Shown here piece after piece: positions 26,948-37,167 of a stretch of DNA of 64,000 nt. A program made the translations under genes and the position numbers. Below the pieces are notes generated by a model, which saw nothing but the letters and a program-made list of their open reading frames with translations, made no database searches and had not been told where the DNA came from. Origin of the DNA: Spirochaetia bacterium (lineage in GTDB: Bacteria; Spirochaetota; Spirochaetia; SZUA-6; Bin103); contig OZ241907.1 in the NCBI GenBank assembly GCA_965203515.1, positions 3,328,001 to 3,392,000 of the forward strand. Direction: 5' to 3'. Within the stretch, counting starts at the first letter, position 1; each line of letters starts with the position of its first letter.

Positions 26948-28836
26948 GCGATCGGTCACGCGATCGTTCAGGGGATCGGCAGACCGCGCCGCCACCGCGC
27001 GGGCGCATCGGCATGACGCCGTTCGGCTCCGGCGACGACCGGCACGCGGAGCAGGTCGGCCGGACGCTGCTGCGGCTGCTCCGCTATCTGGGGGACATGC
27101 GCCTGACGCTGCTGCTGGTGGTGGTGACGGCGGCGGCCGCCGCCGGCGCGCAGGCGGCGGCGCCGCTGTTCATCGCGCAGGCGGTCGACGGGCTCAAGGC
27201 GTTCGTGGACGGTCAGGCGGGACCGTCGGAGACCGCGCGCGTGCTGGTCGTCGCCATGCTCCTGGTGCTGGCGATCTATCTGGCCGGCTGGCTGGCGGGC
27301 GCCGCCAACAACATCGCCCTGATGGCGATCGGCCAACGGATGATGCTGCGGCTGCGCAGCCAGATCATGGCCAAGGTGCACGCGTTGTCGCTCAGCTACT
27401 TCGACCGCAACAAGGCCGGCGACCTGTTGTCGCGTCTGTCCAACGATACCGACGTGATCAACCGCGCGGTCGGCATGAGCCTGTCGCGGTTGACGTCGAG
27501 CGTGCTGCTGATGGTCGCGATCCTGATCGGGATGCTGGCGCTCAACTGGCGGCTCGCCCTGATCAGCCTTGCGCTGCTGCCGCTGATCTCCCTGTCGACG
27601 GCCCTGTTCTCCCGGCGCGCCCGCGCCGCCTTCCGCAAGACCCGCACGACCATCAGCGGAGTCAGCTCCGAGCTGGAACAGAACATCTCCGGCGCGCGCG
27701 TGGCGCAGGCGTTCAACCGGCAGGGCTGGAACTCGTCGAGCTTCCGGCAGCTCAACCGGGCCAACCGCGACGCCAACGTCGGCGCGGAGTCGCTGACCGC
27801 GGCGTTCGCCCCCACCATGGACGTCATCAGCGCCGTGGGCATCGCCGTGGTGCTGGCCTACGGCGGCTATCTGGCCCGGCTGGAACTGGTCAGCATCGGC
27901 GTGATCGTCGCCTTTCTGCAGTACGTGCGCCGCTTCTTCGAGCCGGTGCAGTCGATCTCCATGATGTGGACGCAGGTGCAGTCGGCGGTCGCCGGCGCCG
28001 AGCGCATCTTCGAGTTGCTGGACGAGGCGCCGCAGGTCCGCGACGCCGGAGACGCCCGCCCGCTGGAGGTCACCGCCGGCCGCGTGGAGCTGGCGCGCGT
28101 CTCCTTTGCGTACGAGCCGGGGACGCCGGTGCTCCGCAACCTCGATCTGGTCGCCGAGCCGGGTCGGACCGTGGCGCTGGTCGGACCGACCGGCGCCGGC
28201 AAGACCACGATCATCAGCCTGTTGGAGCGCTTCTACGACGTGGAGGCGGGCGCGGTGACGATCGACGGCCAGGACATCCGCACCGTGACCCAGGACAGCC
28301 TGCGCCGGAACATCGGCATCGTCCTGCAGGACACCTTTCTGTTCGCGGACACCGTTCGCCACAACATCCGCTACGGCCGGCCGGATGCCGATGACGACGC
28401 GGTGGAGGCGGCCGCGCGCCGCGCGCGGGCGCATGAGTTCATCTCCCGGCTCCCCGACGGCTACGACACCGCGCTGCAGGAAGGGGCCGTCAACCTGAGC
28501 CGCGGCCAGCGGCAGTTGCTGGCCATCGCCCGCGCGTTGCTCAAGGATCCGCGCATCCTGGTGCTGGACGAGGCCACTTCCAACGTCGACACGCGCACCG
28601 AGCTGCTGATCCAGGAAGCCCTGGGCGAGCTGTTGCAGGGCCGCACCAGCTTCGTCATAGCCCACCGGCTGAGTACGGTGCGGCGCGCCGACGTAATCTA
28701 CGTGATCGAAGCCGGCCGCGTCGCCGAGCGCGGCAGCCATGACGAGCTGCTGCGGGCGAACGGCAGCTACGCGCGCATCTACCGGAGCCAGTTCGACCAC
28801 GCGAGCGCCGCAGGCGCGCCCCGATCTCCCGCCTGA
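26944..28836 (+). CDS. ABC exporter subunit B (fused TMD-NBD, heterodimer)
   Basis: GPTGAGKTT, LSRGQRQ, VLDEATS, IAHRLST; GTGA overlap with subunit A. Confidence 0.92.
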   Translation: MSDRSRDRSGDRQTAPPPRGRIGMTPFGSGDDRHAEQVGRTLLRLLRYLGDMRLTLLLVVVTAAAAAGAQAAAPLFIAQAVDGLKAFVDGQAGPSETARVLVVAMLLVLAIYLAGWLAGAANNIALMAIGQRMMLRLRSQIMAKVHALSLSYFDRNKAGDLLSRLSNDTDVINRAVGMSLSRLTSSVLLMVAILIGMLALNWRLALISLALLPLISLSTALFSRRARAAFRKTRTTISGVSSELEQNISGARVAQAFNRQGWNSSSFRQLNRANRDANVGAESLTAAFAPTMDVISAVGIAVVLAYGGYLARLELVSIGVIVAFLQYVRRFFEPVQSISMMWTQVQSAVAGAERIFELLDEAPQVRDAGDARPLEVTAGRVELARVSFAYEPGTPVLRNLDLVAEPGRTVALVGPTGAGKTTIISLLERFYDVEAGAVTIDGQDIRTVTQDSLRRNIGIVLQDTFLFADTVRHNIRYGRPDADDDAVEAAARRARAHEFISRLPDGYDTALQEGAVNLSRGQRQLLAIARALLKDPRILVLDEATSNVDTRTELLIQEALGELLQGRTSFVIAHRLSTVRRADVIYVIEAGRVAERGSHDELLRANGSYARIYRSQFDHASAAGAPRSPA

Positions 28837-28922
28837 GCGCACGGTCGGCCGCTCTGCTACCATCCGCCGACAAGACGCGCCGGCGTCTTTCAGGAGGCCG
28901 GCGTCACAGAAAGGCCAGGCCC

Positions 28923-30716
28923 ATGCTCATCAGAACCCCACCCACCGCCGCCGTGACCATCTCCACCCCGACCGCCCCGCCGCACTGGGCGCTCCTGGAA
29001 CGCGAGCTGATGCGCGCCATCGAGGCGGCGATCCCGCCGTTCTTCGACCGCTACTTCGACGAGCGCGGCTACCTCAAGTGCTTCGCGCGCTGGGGGGCGC
29101 TGGACGGCCCCGACGATGCGGCGGAGAACGTGACCAACTGGACCGATTTCTATGCCCTGGGCGGCTCCGAACAGGCGCTCCGGCTGTACCGCCGCGGCAT
29201 CGAAGGCCACATCCGGCAGTACACGGAGGCGCGGACCACCGTCACCAGGCTCGGCGCCGACGGCATGTACTACAAGGAGTTTCCCACCAGCTTCGACTGG
29301 GTCCACAACGGCGAGGGGTATCACTGCCTGTTCCAGGAGGGGCTGTGCGAGCCGTGGAACCCGATCTGGCGGCAGCGCATCTGCCGCTTCGCCGGCTTCT
29401 ACCTGCCGGGCGATCCGGACGAGCCGGCCGAGCCGAACTACGATCCGACACATCGCATCATCCGCAGCGTCCTCAACGGCAGCCGCGGTCCGGTGCTGGG
29501 CACGGCGGAGCCGGTCGACTGGGCCGGCGATCCGTTCGAGATCGAGGGGCGCTTCAAGCCGGGGCGCGGCCACCGCAACTTCGACGACTACCTGTTTCAC
29601 TTCGAGACCTACCGCAACGTCGAAGGCGATATCCCCTTGAACCTGGCCGCTACCGCCATGGCGTTCTACGCCTACGCAGCGACCGGCGACCCCAAGTACA
29701 AGGAGTGGATCGAGGAGTACTCGGACGCCTGGGTGGAGCGCACCTACGCGAACGACGGCCTGATCCCGGCCAACGTGGGGCTGGACGGCGTGGTCGGCAG
29801 CGGCGCGGGCGGCGGCGCCTGGTGGCGCGGCGTCTACGGATGGGGCCACACCGGCGGCTTCTACGGCATCGACGAGCACGGCAAGCCGATCCCCCATCAC
29901 CGCCCCAACTTCCAGCACCGCACCCCGTACGGATTCGGCAACGCGCTGCTGGTGTCCGGCGACCGGAAGTACGTGGACGTCTGGCGGACCGTCATGGAGT
30001 CGGTCAACGAGCACCGCAAGACGGAGGACGGCGTGACGCTCTATCCGCGCATGTACGGCGAGGACGGCTGGTACGACTTCCAGCCGGAACCGTTCGACCG
30101 CGGCGCGCTGGCGGTCTACCACTGGTCGCAGGACCGCCAGCGGGACCACGCGCTGGTCGCGTCCGACCCGTGGGTGCGCTTCCTGGACGGCAAGGACGAC
30201 GACTATCCGGTCCGCACGCTGTCGGCCGACCTGGAGCAGGTGCGCCGCAAGGTGGAGCTGCGCGCGCGGGACGCCCGATCGGCCGACATGCTCCTCTCCG
30301 AGGATCCGAACGGGATCAATCCGGCCGAGGTGTGGGGCCTGGTGCAGCTCATGCTGGGCGGTCTGGCCACGCGCCACGTCGGCGTGCCGTGGCATTGCGC
30401 GGTGCGGTACTTCGACTCGGAGCGGCGGCGCGCCGGCATCCCGCCGGGCGTCGCCTCGCTGGTCGACCATCTGAGCGCGGACGAGGTGGGCGTGCAGCTC
30501 ATCAACCTGGACCCCGTGCACGCCAGGCACCTGGTCCTGCAGTCCGGCGCCTACGCCGAGCACACGATCGACAGCGCGGCGATCGACGGGGAGCGCACCG
30601 AGGTCGGCGGCAGCGCCCTGCAGGTACGGCTGGAACCGGGCGCCGGCGCCCGGCTGCTCCTGCGCGTCCGGCGCTTCGTCAATCAGCCGACCGTCGCCTT
30701 CCCCTGGCCCACGTGA
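28923..30716 (+). CDS. Uncharacterised protein, aromatic/acidic-rich, possibly a helical-toroid carbohydrate-active enzyme
   Basis: 597-aa ORF with host-like codon bias; TGCTACCAT extended -10 at about 28855-28863. No catalytic motif I can name. Confidence 0.6.
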   Translation: MLIRTPPTAAVTISTPTAPPHWALLERELMRAIEAAIPPFFDRYFDERGYLKCFARWGALDGPDDAAENVTNWTDFYALGGSEQALRLYRRGIEGHIRQYTEARTTVTRLGADGMYYKEFPTSFDWVHNGEGYHCLFQEGLCEPWNPIWRQRICRFAGFYLPGDPDEPAEPNYDPTHRIIRSVLNGSRGPVLGTAEPVDWAGDPFEIEGRFKPGRGHRNFDDYLFHFETYRNVEGDIPLNLAATAMAFYAYAATGDPKYKEWIEEYSDAWVERTYANDGLIPANVGLDGVVGSGAGGGAWWRGVYGWGHTGGFYGIDEHGKPIPHHRPNFQHRTPYGFGNALLVSGDRKYVDVWRTVMESVNEHRKTEDGVTLYPRMYGEDGWYDFQPEPFDRGALAVYHWSQDRQRDHALVASDPWVRFLDGKDDDYPVRTLSADLEQVRRKVELRARDARSADMLLSEDPNGINPAEVWGLVQLMLGGLATRHVGVPWHCAVRYFDSERRRAGIPPGVASLVDHLSADEVGVQLINLDPVHARHLVLQSGAYAEHTIDSAAIDGERTEVGGSALQVRLEPGAGARLLLRVRRFVNQPTVAFPWPT

Positions 30717-30746
30717 TCCCCGGCGATACGGGCCGACGCCGTAACG

Positions 30747-31904
30747 TCACTCGTCGTCTCCCGTCAGGATCTGGAGATATTCGTGGTATTCGTAGGTGCG
30801 AGCGTGGCGCTTGCCGGTGATCTCGCGCAGCACGCCCAGGCTCCGGAGCAGCTCGATCGCCTTGCGAGTCGGTGGCGGCGTGATGCCGAGCAGCTTGCCT
30901 GCCTGGGGGACGGTTACCACGGGATGGGACGGAAGGTGCTCCAGCAGCCGGATGGCGGCGACGGTGGGGCGGTCGTGGGCGATGATGAGACGGCGATGGC
31001 GGCCGGCCAGAGCGTGCAACTGCCGGGCGACTTCGACGCCGTCGTCGGCAGCCTCGCGCACGCACTGCAGGAAGAACCGGGTCCAGCCCTCCCAGTCGCC
31101 GTCGGTGCGCACGGCGTCCAGCCGCGCGTAGTACTCCGACTGCGCGCGTCTGAACGCCCGACTGAGATAGAGCAGCGGCTGGTCGAGCAGGCGCCAGTGC
31201 TCGATGAGCAGGGCGATCAGCAGCCGGCCGATGCGGCCGTTGCCGTCCAGGAACGGATGGATCGTCTCGAACTGCACGTGCGCGAGCCCGGCGCGCACCA
31301 GCGGCGGCAGCCCGCAATCGGCGTGCCACCACCGCTCCAGCGCCGTCAGCGCGTCCGGCACCTCTTCGGGCGGCGGCGGGACGAACCGGGCGTTGCCCGG
31401 CCGGCTGCCGCCGATCCAGTTCTGCGAGCGGCGGAGCTCACCCGGCTGCTTGTCCGCGCCGCGCGCGCCGCGCATCAGGCGGCGGTGCGCGTTGCGCAGC
31501 AGGCGGACGCTGAGCGGCAGCCCGTTCGGATCGGCGATCTGCTCGCGGGCGTAGGTGAGGGCTGCCACGTAGTTGAGGACCTCCCGCACGTCGTCGGGGC
31601 GGTCGGCGTGAGCGGTCGCCTCATAGGTGACGGCGTCCCGGAGCGTGGCCTGCGTCCCCTCGATCCGCGAGGTGACGACCGCCTCCTTCCGAACGAACCC
31701 GTAGAGGAACCAGTCGGTGTCCGGCACCATCGCGCCCGCGACCGCAAGTCGGGAGAGCGCAGCCTGGGCGCCGGCGTGGAGCTCCGCCGTCGATCGATCG
31801 ATCGCCAGGGGCGGGTCCGCCGGGGGCAGCGGACCGGGAACGAACGCGCGGACCTGCTCTCCCAGGGTGCTGGTGATGCGGTATCGACCGGTCTGGCGGG
31901 CCAT
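30747..31904 (-). CDS. Fic family protein (class II) with probable C-terminal HTH
   Basis: HPFLDGNGRIGR Fic motif, N-terminal inhibitory TSRIEG, C-terminal VTVPQAGKLLGITPPPTRKAIELLRSLGVLREITG. Confidence 0.92.
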   Translation of the reverse strand: MARQTGRYRITSTLGEQVRAFVPGPLPPADPPLAIDRSTAELHAGAQAALSRLAVAGAMVPDTDWFLYGFVRKEAVVTSRIEGTQATLRDAVTYEATAHADRPDDVREVLNYVAALTYAREQIADPNGLPLSVRLLRNAHRRLMRGARGADKQPGELRRSQNWIGGSRPGNARFVPPPPEEVPDALTALERWWHADCGLPPLVRAGLAHVQFETIHPFLDGNGRIGRLLIALLIEHWRLLDQPLLYLSRAFRRAQSEYYARLDAVRTDGDWEGWTRFFLQCVREAADDGVEVARQLHALAGRHRRLIIAHDRPTVAAIRLLEHLPSHPVVTVPQAGKLLGITPPPTRKAIELLRSLGVLREITGKRHARTYEYHEYLQILTGDDE

Positions 31905-31911
31905 TCGATGC

Positions 31912-32018
31912 GAAACGCTCCTTTCCTAGTGCCGGAACAATAGAAGCGATCGTTTCTTTGTCAAGTCAGAAAAGAAACGATCCTTTCTTGTTTAAGATCA
32001 AAACGAAAGGATCGTTTC
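31912..32018 (-). promoter_or_regulatory. Four 14-bp palindromic operators (consensus GAAACGATCGTTTC) at 31-bp period overlapping a sigma70-type promoter for fic
   Basis: Copies start at 31912, 31943, 31974 and 32005. Minus-strand TTGACA (31964-31959), 16 nt, TATTGT (31942-31937). Confidence 0.82.
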
Positions 32019-32086
32019 GTTCACGTACGGCGAGTGACGCGGCGCGCTGTTGTCTCCCCGCATACGGCCGTCGATCATAGGCGACG

Positions 32087-33580
32087 ATGAGCCCTTCCGG
32101 ACCGGACGGCGCGATCCGCCGGCTGCTCGACGCCTATCGCCGCGGCGAAACGACCGTCCGGGACGAGCTTGCGCGCGCCTTCGCGCGCATCGCGGCCGTC
32201 GACCGCGCCGGCCCGACCCTCAACGCCGTGCTGCGCATCGACCCGGATGCCCAATGGACCGCCCGGCGCCTCGATGCCGAGCGGCGTGCCGGCGCCGCCA
32301 TCGGCTCCCTGCACGGCGTGCCGGTGCTCCTGAAGGACAACGTCGATACCGGCGGCGGATCGATGGCGACCAGCGCCGGCGCGCTGGCCCTGGCCGATTC
32401 GTTCGCGCCGGCCGACGCGCCCCTGGTCCGCCGCCTGCGCGCGGCCGGCGCGCTCATCATCGGCAAGACCAACATGACCGAGCTGGCCAACTACATGTCG
32501 ACCGGTATGCCGGGCGGCTACAGCTCGCTGGGCGGACAGGTCATCAACCCGCATCATCCGGCGCTGCCGGTCTCCACGTCGAGCTCCGGGTCGGCGGCGG
32601 CCGTGGCCGCCGGATTGTGCCCCGCCGCGATCGGCACCGAAACCGCCGGCTCGATCCTGGCGCCGGCGTTCGCCAACGGCATCGCCGGCATCAAACCGAC
32701 CGTCGGGCTGGTCTCCAGGACCGGCATCGTGCCGATCTCCTTCAGCCAGGATACCGCCGGGCCGCTCGCCCGCAGCGTGGAGGACGCCGCTCGGGTGCTC
32801 ACCGTGATCGCGGGCCCGGATGAGGAGGACGCGGCCACGCACGGCGCGCCGGTCGTCGACTACCGCCTCCACCTGCGCCGCGACGGTCTGCGCGGCGCGC
32901 GCATCGGCATCCCCCGGACCGGATTCTGGGACGACCAGGGCGATGCGTGGCGCGACACGCTGGAAGGGGTCCGCGCCGCGCTGCAAGACGGCGGCGCGGA
33001 GGTCGTCGATCCCGCCGACCTTGCCACCGCCGACCGGATCGCGTGGTCGCCGGTCATGCTGTACGAGTTCAAGGCGGCGATGAACGCCTACCTGCGCCGG
33101 CTCGGTCCCGGCGCCCCGTGCCGGACGCTCGCCGACCTGATCGCCTTCAACGCCGCCCACGCTCAAGCGGCGCTGCGCTACGGGCAGGTGTGGCTGCTGC
33201 GCGCCGAGCACGAGACCTCCGGCCGCATGCATGAAGCGGCCTATCTGAACGCCCGTGCGGAGGACCTGCGCCTGTGCCGCACGGAGGGCATCGACGCCAC
33301 GCTCGACCGGTACGGACTCGACGCCCTGGTGTTTCCGCACGGCGCCGGATCATCGATCGCCGCCCGCGCCGGCTACCCCTCGGTGGCGGTGCCGCTCGGT
33401 TTCGCGCCGGCCGCCGGCGGCCCGGCGACGACCGGGCCGCGCGCGCCAACCGGGCCGCGCGCGCCGATCGAGCCGCGCGGGGTGATGTTCACCGGCACCG
33501 CATTCAGCGAGCCGGTCCTGGTGCGCATCGCCCACGCTTTCGAACTCCGCACCCGCGGCCGCGTCAGCCCGGCGCTCTGA
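32087..33580 (+). CDS. Amidase signature family enzyme
   Basis: [54 protein letters not shown]. Confidence 0.92.
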   Translation: MSPSGPDGAIRRLLDAYRRGETTVRDELARAFARIAAVDRAGPTLNAVLRIDPDAQWTARRLDAERRAGAAIGSLHGVPVLLKDNVDTGGGSMATSAGALALADSFAPADAPLVRRLRAAGALIIGKTNMTELANYMSTGMPGGYSSLGGQVINPHHPALPVSTSSSGSAAAVAAGLCPAAIGTETAGSILAPAFANGIAGIKPTVGLVSRTGIVPISFSQDTAGPLARSVEDAARVLTVIAGPDEEDAATHGAPVVDYRLHLRRDGLRGARIGIPRTGFWDDQGDAWRDTLEGVRAALQDGGAEVVDPADLATADRIAWSPVMLYEFKAAMNAYLRRLGPGAPCRTLADLIAFNAAHAQAALRYGQVWLLRAEHETSGRMHEAAYLNARAEDLRLCRTEGIDATLDRYGLDALVFPHGAGSSIAARAGYPSVAVPLGFAPAAGGPATTGPRAPTGPRAPIEPRGVMFTGTAFSEPVLVRIAHAFELRTRGRVSPAL

Positions 33581-33611
33581 CTTGAGGCGCAGCCGCCGGC
33601 GGCCGACCCGG

Positions 33612-34622
33612 TCAGGCCGGTACCGGCGCGTCGCGTCTGATCAGATCGCGGTCGCGCAACTCCTGCCAGAAGGAGGCCGGGATCGCCGCGCGGACCAACT
33701 CCAGGTTGTCGAGCACCCGTTCCGGGCGGCGCGTGCCCGGTACGATGCAGGCGACCGCCGGGTGAGCCAGCGCAAACTGGCTGGCGGCGGCGCGCAGGTC
33801 GACTCCGTGGGTGGCCGCCGCCGTCTCCAGACTCCGCACCTTGGCGACGATGTCGGGCGGCGCCTCCATGTAGTCATAGCGCGCTCCGTCGGGGCCGCCC
33901 TTCGAACCGCTGGCCAGGATGCCGCTGTTGAAGGTGCCGCCGGCGATGATGCCGATGCCCTGCTCCATGCAGAGCGGCAGCAGCTCGTCCAGCGCGCCCT
34001 GCTCCAGGATCGTGTAGCGGCCGGCCAGCAGGAAGCAGTCGAAGTCGCCCGCCCGCGCCAGGCGGACCAGCATCTCGCTCTGGTTCATGCCGGCGCCGAC
34101 CGCGCCGATGACGCCCTGCGAGCGGAGCCGGTCCAGCACCGGGTAGGCGCCGTCCATCGCCTCGGCAAAGTGCTCGTCTTCGTCCGGATCGTGGATGTGC
34201 ACCACGTCCAGACGGTCGACGCCGAGGCGGGTGAGGCTGTTGTCGAGCGAGCGCTCGACCCAGTCGGCGCCGTAGTCGCGGCGGCACTCCACCATCCAGG
34301 CGCCGGGGCTGTCCCACGTCTTCGAAAAGGCGCTGGGGCCCGGCACGTGTTCGAACCGCCAGCCGACCTTGGTCGCCAACACGTAGCTGTCGCGCGGTAC
34401 CCCGCGCAACGCGGCGCCGACGCGCCGCTCGCTGATGCCGGCCCCGTAGAGCGCCGCGGTATCGATGAAGGTGACGCCGGCCTGCAGCGCCGCGCGCACG
34501 ACCTGCTGCGCCTGCTCGTCCGGGATGTCGCTGTAGATACTGCCGAGGGGCGCGCAGCCCAGGCCGACCCTGGTGACCTCGATCCCGGTCGTGCCGATCC
34601 TCACGCGCTGCAGCGGGTCCAC
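33612..34622 (-). CDS. Aldo/keto reductase (D-threo-aldose dehydrogenase-like)
   Basis: GTG start after AGGAGGA RBS; GLGCAPLG, IDTAALYG, TKVG, HIHDPD, LLAGRYTILEQ. Confidence 0.9.
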   Translation of the reverse strand: MDPLQRVRIGTTGIEVTRVGLGCAPLGSIYSDIPDEQAQQVVRAALQAGVTFIDTAALYGAGISERRVGAALRGVPRDSYVLATKVGWRFEHVPGPSAFSKTWDSPGAWMVECRRDYGADWVERSLDNSLTRLGVDRLDVVHIHDPDEDEHFAEAMDGAYPVLDRLRSQGVIGAVGAGMNQSEMLVRLARAGDFDCFLLAGRYTILEQGALDELLPLCMEQGIGIIAGGTFNSGILASGSKGGPDGARYDYMEAPPDIVAKVRSLETAAATHGVDLRAAASQFALAHPAVACIVPGTRRPERVLDNLELVRAAIPASFWQELRDRDLIRRDAPVPA

Positions 34623-34687
34623 TCGATCCTCCTGCCCGGCACGGAGACTGCCATGCCGGCGCCGTACTGTCGAGCCCGCGTTTCCCC

Positions 34688-34758
34688 TTGACATTCTTAC
34701 ACGTGCCATTAGAAAGTACCTTGAGTTTCTAACAACACGCGAAAGGACGGCACATTTC
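34688..34758 (+). promoter_or_regulatory. TTGACA promoter element with two GAAA-N10-TTTC inverted repeats upstream of the AAA-DUF4143 gene
   Basis: TTGACA at 34688-34693; sites at 34712-34729 and 34741-34758 in an AT-rich patch. Confidence 0.55.
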
Positions 34759-34766
34759 GATTCGGC

Positions 34767-36083
34767 ATGTATCGGTTCGCACAGGAACAGCTCGTCAGAT
34801 GGAAGTCCGCAACCCGGCGCAAACCGCTCATCGTCAGGGGCGCGCGGCAGGTGGGCAAGACCTGGCTGATCAGGCGCTTTGCCGAGGCGGAGTTCGACTC
34901 GCTGGTCGACGTGGATCTGGAGAAGCGGCGCGACCTGCACGGCTGCTTCGGAGACGACCTCGACGCCGGGACCGTGATCCGGCATCTCGAACTGGACAGC
35001 GGCGCCCGCATCGTGCCGGGACGCACGCTGCTGTTCCTCGACGAGGTCCAGGCCTGTCCGCGCGCGATCATGGCGCTGCGCTACCTCTACGAGCAGCGGC
35101 CCGCATTGCACGTGATCGCTGCCGGATCGCTGCTGGAGTTCGCGCTGGGCGAAATCCCGGTACCGGTGGGACGGGTGCAGCAGCTGCACCTCTACCCCAT
35201 GACCTTCCGCGAGTACCTGGCGGGGATCGGCAACCAGGTGGCGGCCGACTGCGCGGCGCAGCATCCGTCGGCCGTGGACGAAGGCATGCAGCGCCGGCTG
35301 CTGCACGAGTTGAAGACCTACTTCTTCATCGGCGGCATGCCCGAAAGCGTGCAGGCGTACCGCGATACCGGCTCGATCGTGGCCGCGTCCCGGGTCCAGC
35401 GCGAGATCATCGGCACCTGCCGCGACGATTTCGCGAAGTACGCGCCGCGGGCGGACCCGACCTGCCTGGACGCGGTGCTCCTCAGCGTGGCGCGCACCAT
35501 CGGCGATCAGATCAAGTACGCGCGCCTGGATCGCGGCCACTCGGGGCCGACCAACCGGCGGGCGTTCGACGTGCTGCGCAAGGCGCGGCTGATCCACAAG
35601 ATCGCCTCGTGCGACCCGTCCGGTCTGCCGCTGGGCGCGAGCGCCGACGACCGTCGATTCAAGGCGGCGCTGCTCGACATCGGTCTGCTCCAAACCCTGT
35701 GCCGCGTCCCGGTCGAGGTGGAGCTGCGCGAGCGCGATCTGCTGGCCATCTACCGGGGCGCGCTGGCGGCGCAGTTCGCCGCGCAGGAATTGATCGCGTA
35801 CCACGACTCGGAGCTGTTCTACTGGGCGCGGAACGCGCGCGGATCGAGCGCGGAAGTCGACTACTTGGCGGTGCGCGGCGGCCGGATCGTGCCGGTCGAG
35901 GTAAAGTCCGGCGCCGCCGGCAGCCTGCGCAGCCTGCACCTGATGCTCGACGCCTATCCCCGTTGCGCCGACGGCGTGGTCCTGTACTCCGGACCCTACT
36001 CCCGCCTGCCGGAGCAGCGGCTCACCTTCATGCCGCTCTACTACGCCGGCGCGGTCGGCGATCCGGCCCCCGCTATCGTGTGA
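34767..36083 (+). CDS. AAA+ ATPase (AAA_14) with DUF4143 / PD-(D/E)xK-like C-terminus
   Basis: GARQVGKT, LFLDEVQ, AAGSLL, GGMPE, DIGLL, AEVDYL...PVEVKSG. Confidence 0.88.
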   Translation: MYRFAQEQLVRWKSATRRKPLIVRGARQVGKTWLIRRFAEAEFDSLVDVDLEKRRDLHGCFGDDLDAGTVIRHLELDSGARIVPGRTLLFLDEVQACPRAIMALRYLYEQRPALHVIAAGSLLEFALGEIPVPVGRVQQLHLYPMTFREYLAGIGNQVAADCAAQHPSAVDEGMQRRLLHELKTYFFIGGMPESVQAYRDTGSIVAASRVQREIIGTCRDDFAKYAPRADPTCLDAVLLSVARTIGDQIKYARLDRGHSGPTNRRAFDVLRKARLIHKIASCDPSGLPLGASADDRRFKAALLDIGLLQTLCRVPVEVELRERDLLAIYRGALAAQFAAQELIAYHDSELFYWARNARGSSAEVDYLAVRGGRIVPVEVKSGAAGSLRSLHLMLDAYPRCADGVVLYSGPYSRLPEQRLTFMPLYYAGAVGDPAPAIV

Positions 36084-36090
36084 GCAGCGG

Positions 36091-37167
36091 CTACGCGGAC
36101 GCCGCCCGGTAGCGGCGCACGATGTCGATGATGAGGCTGAGATCATGGCGGACGTCGGCCAGCGGCGTGCGATTGGGGACGCCGTCGACCACGCTCGCAT
36201 GGAAGTGGCGCAGCTCGCCGGCGAAGGCGCTCTGCCAGTCGACGGCCGGCTCGGTGCGGAAGGCCCGGCCGTCGTCGTCGATCCCCTGCACCACCAGCGT
36301 GCAGGGGATGCCGCGCGCGAAACCGGTCGGATAGGAGAGCACCACGCGCCGGCGGTCGCCGTAGACCTCCAGGGTCTCCCGGAAATCCCAGAGATCGGGC
36401 AGGTCGACCCAGGTGGCGACGCAGCGCGCGCCGTTCGCGTACGCCAGCGTGCAGGTGACGGCGCGGCCTTCGCGCCAGATGTCGGCGCCGATCACCGCGG
36501 ACGGCCGGCCCAGCATCACGCGCAGGCTGTACAGGTCGTGGATCATGCTGCCGGTCATCAGGAAGAAGGCGCGCTCCAGCTCCTCGTCGACCGGGCCGAT
36601 CGCCTGCCGGCAGGCGGCGCGCCGCGCCTCCTCCGCCGCTTCCAGGCTCCCGGGCGGGTGATCGTCGAAGCGCTGCAGATCGAACTGCCGCAGGTGGAGC
36701 CGGTTGTCGGGGTGCAGGTGGTTGATCTGGACGAAGCGGATATCCTCCATGCGCCGCACCTCCCGCTGCGCCAGCCGGAAGCCCGGCTCGTATACCTTCA
36801 CGTAGCCGGCCTGCGCCACCAGACCGGAGGTGCGGGCGGCGACCATGGCGTCGATCTCCTGCAGAGAGAAGCAGACCGGCTTTTCGATGAACAGGTGCTT
36901 GCCGGCCTGCAGCGCGGCGACCGCCGCCTCGGTCTTGGGATCGGTATGGCACAGCACGACGGCGTCGACGTCGCGGTCCAGCACGCGGCGGTAGTCGGTG
37001 ACGTGGTCCGGCACGTGGAAGCGGCGCGCGGCGGCCGCGGCGGCCAAGGGCGACACGTCGCACACCACGGCCACCTCGAACCGGTCGTGCAGCGCGGTGA
37101 GGTTGGGCAGGTGGTGTATCTGGGCGATCGCGCCGCAGCCGACCACGCCGACGCGGAGGCGGCTCAT
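36091..37167 (-). CDS. Gfo/Idh/MocA family oxidoreductase
   Basis: RVGVVGCGAIA, GKHLFIEKP, IHD. Start ATG 37167 overlaps the cupin stop. Confidence 0.88.
   Translation of the reverse strand: MSRLRVGVVGCGAIAQIHHLPNLTALHDRFEVAVVCDVSPLAAAAAARRFHVPDHVTDYRRVLDRDVDAVVLCHTDPKTEAAVAALQAGKHLFIEKPVCFSLQEIDAMVAARTSGLVAQAGYVKVYEPGFRLAQREVRRMEDIRFVQINHLHPDNRLHLRQFDLQRFDDHPPGSLEAAEEARRAACRQAIGPVDEELERAFFLMTGSMIHDLYSLRVMLGRPSAVIGADIWREGRAVTCTLAYANGARCVATWVDLPDLWDFRETLEVYGDRRRVVLSYPTGFARGIPCTLVVQGIDDDGRAFRTEPAVDWQSAFAGELRHFHASVVDGVPNRTPLADVRHDLSLIIDIVRRYRAASA

Noticed and set aside
31912..32018. Mini-CRISPR interpretation of the regularly spaced palindromes
   Set aside because: Repeats (14 bp) and spacers (17 bp) are too short, the copies are not identical, no cas genes are present, and the array overlaps a promoter.
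33612..36200. 862-aa ORF as an extended aldo-keto reductase
   Set aside because: The real start is GTG 34622 with an RBS; the rest is antisense to the AAA ATPase.
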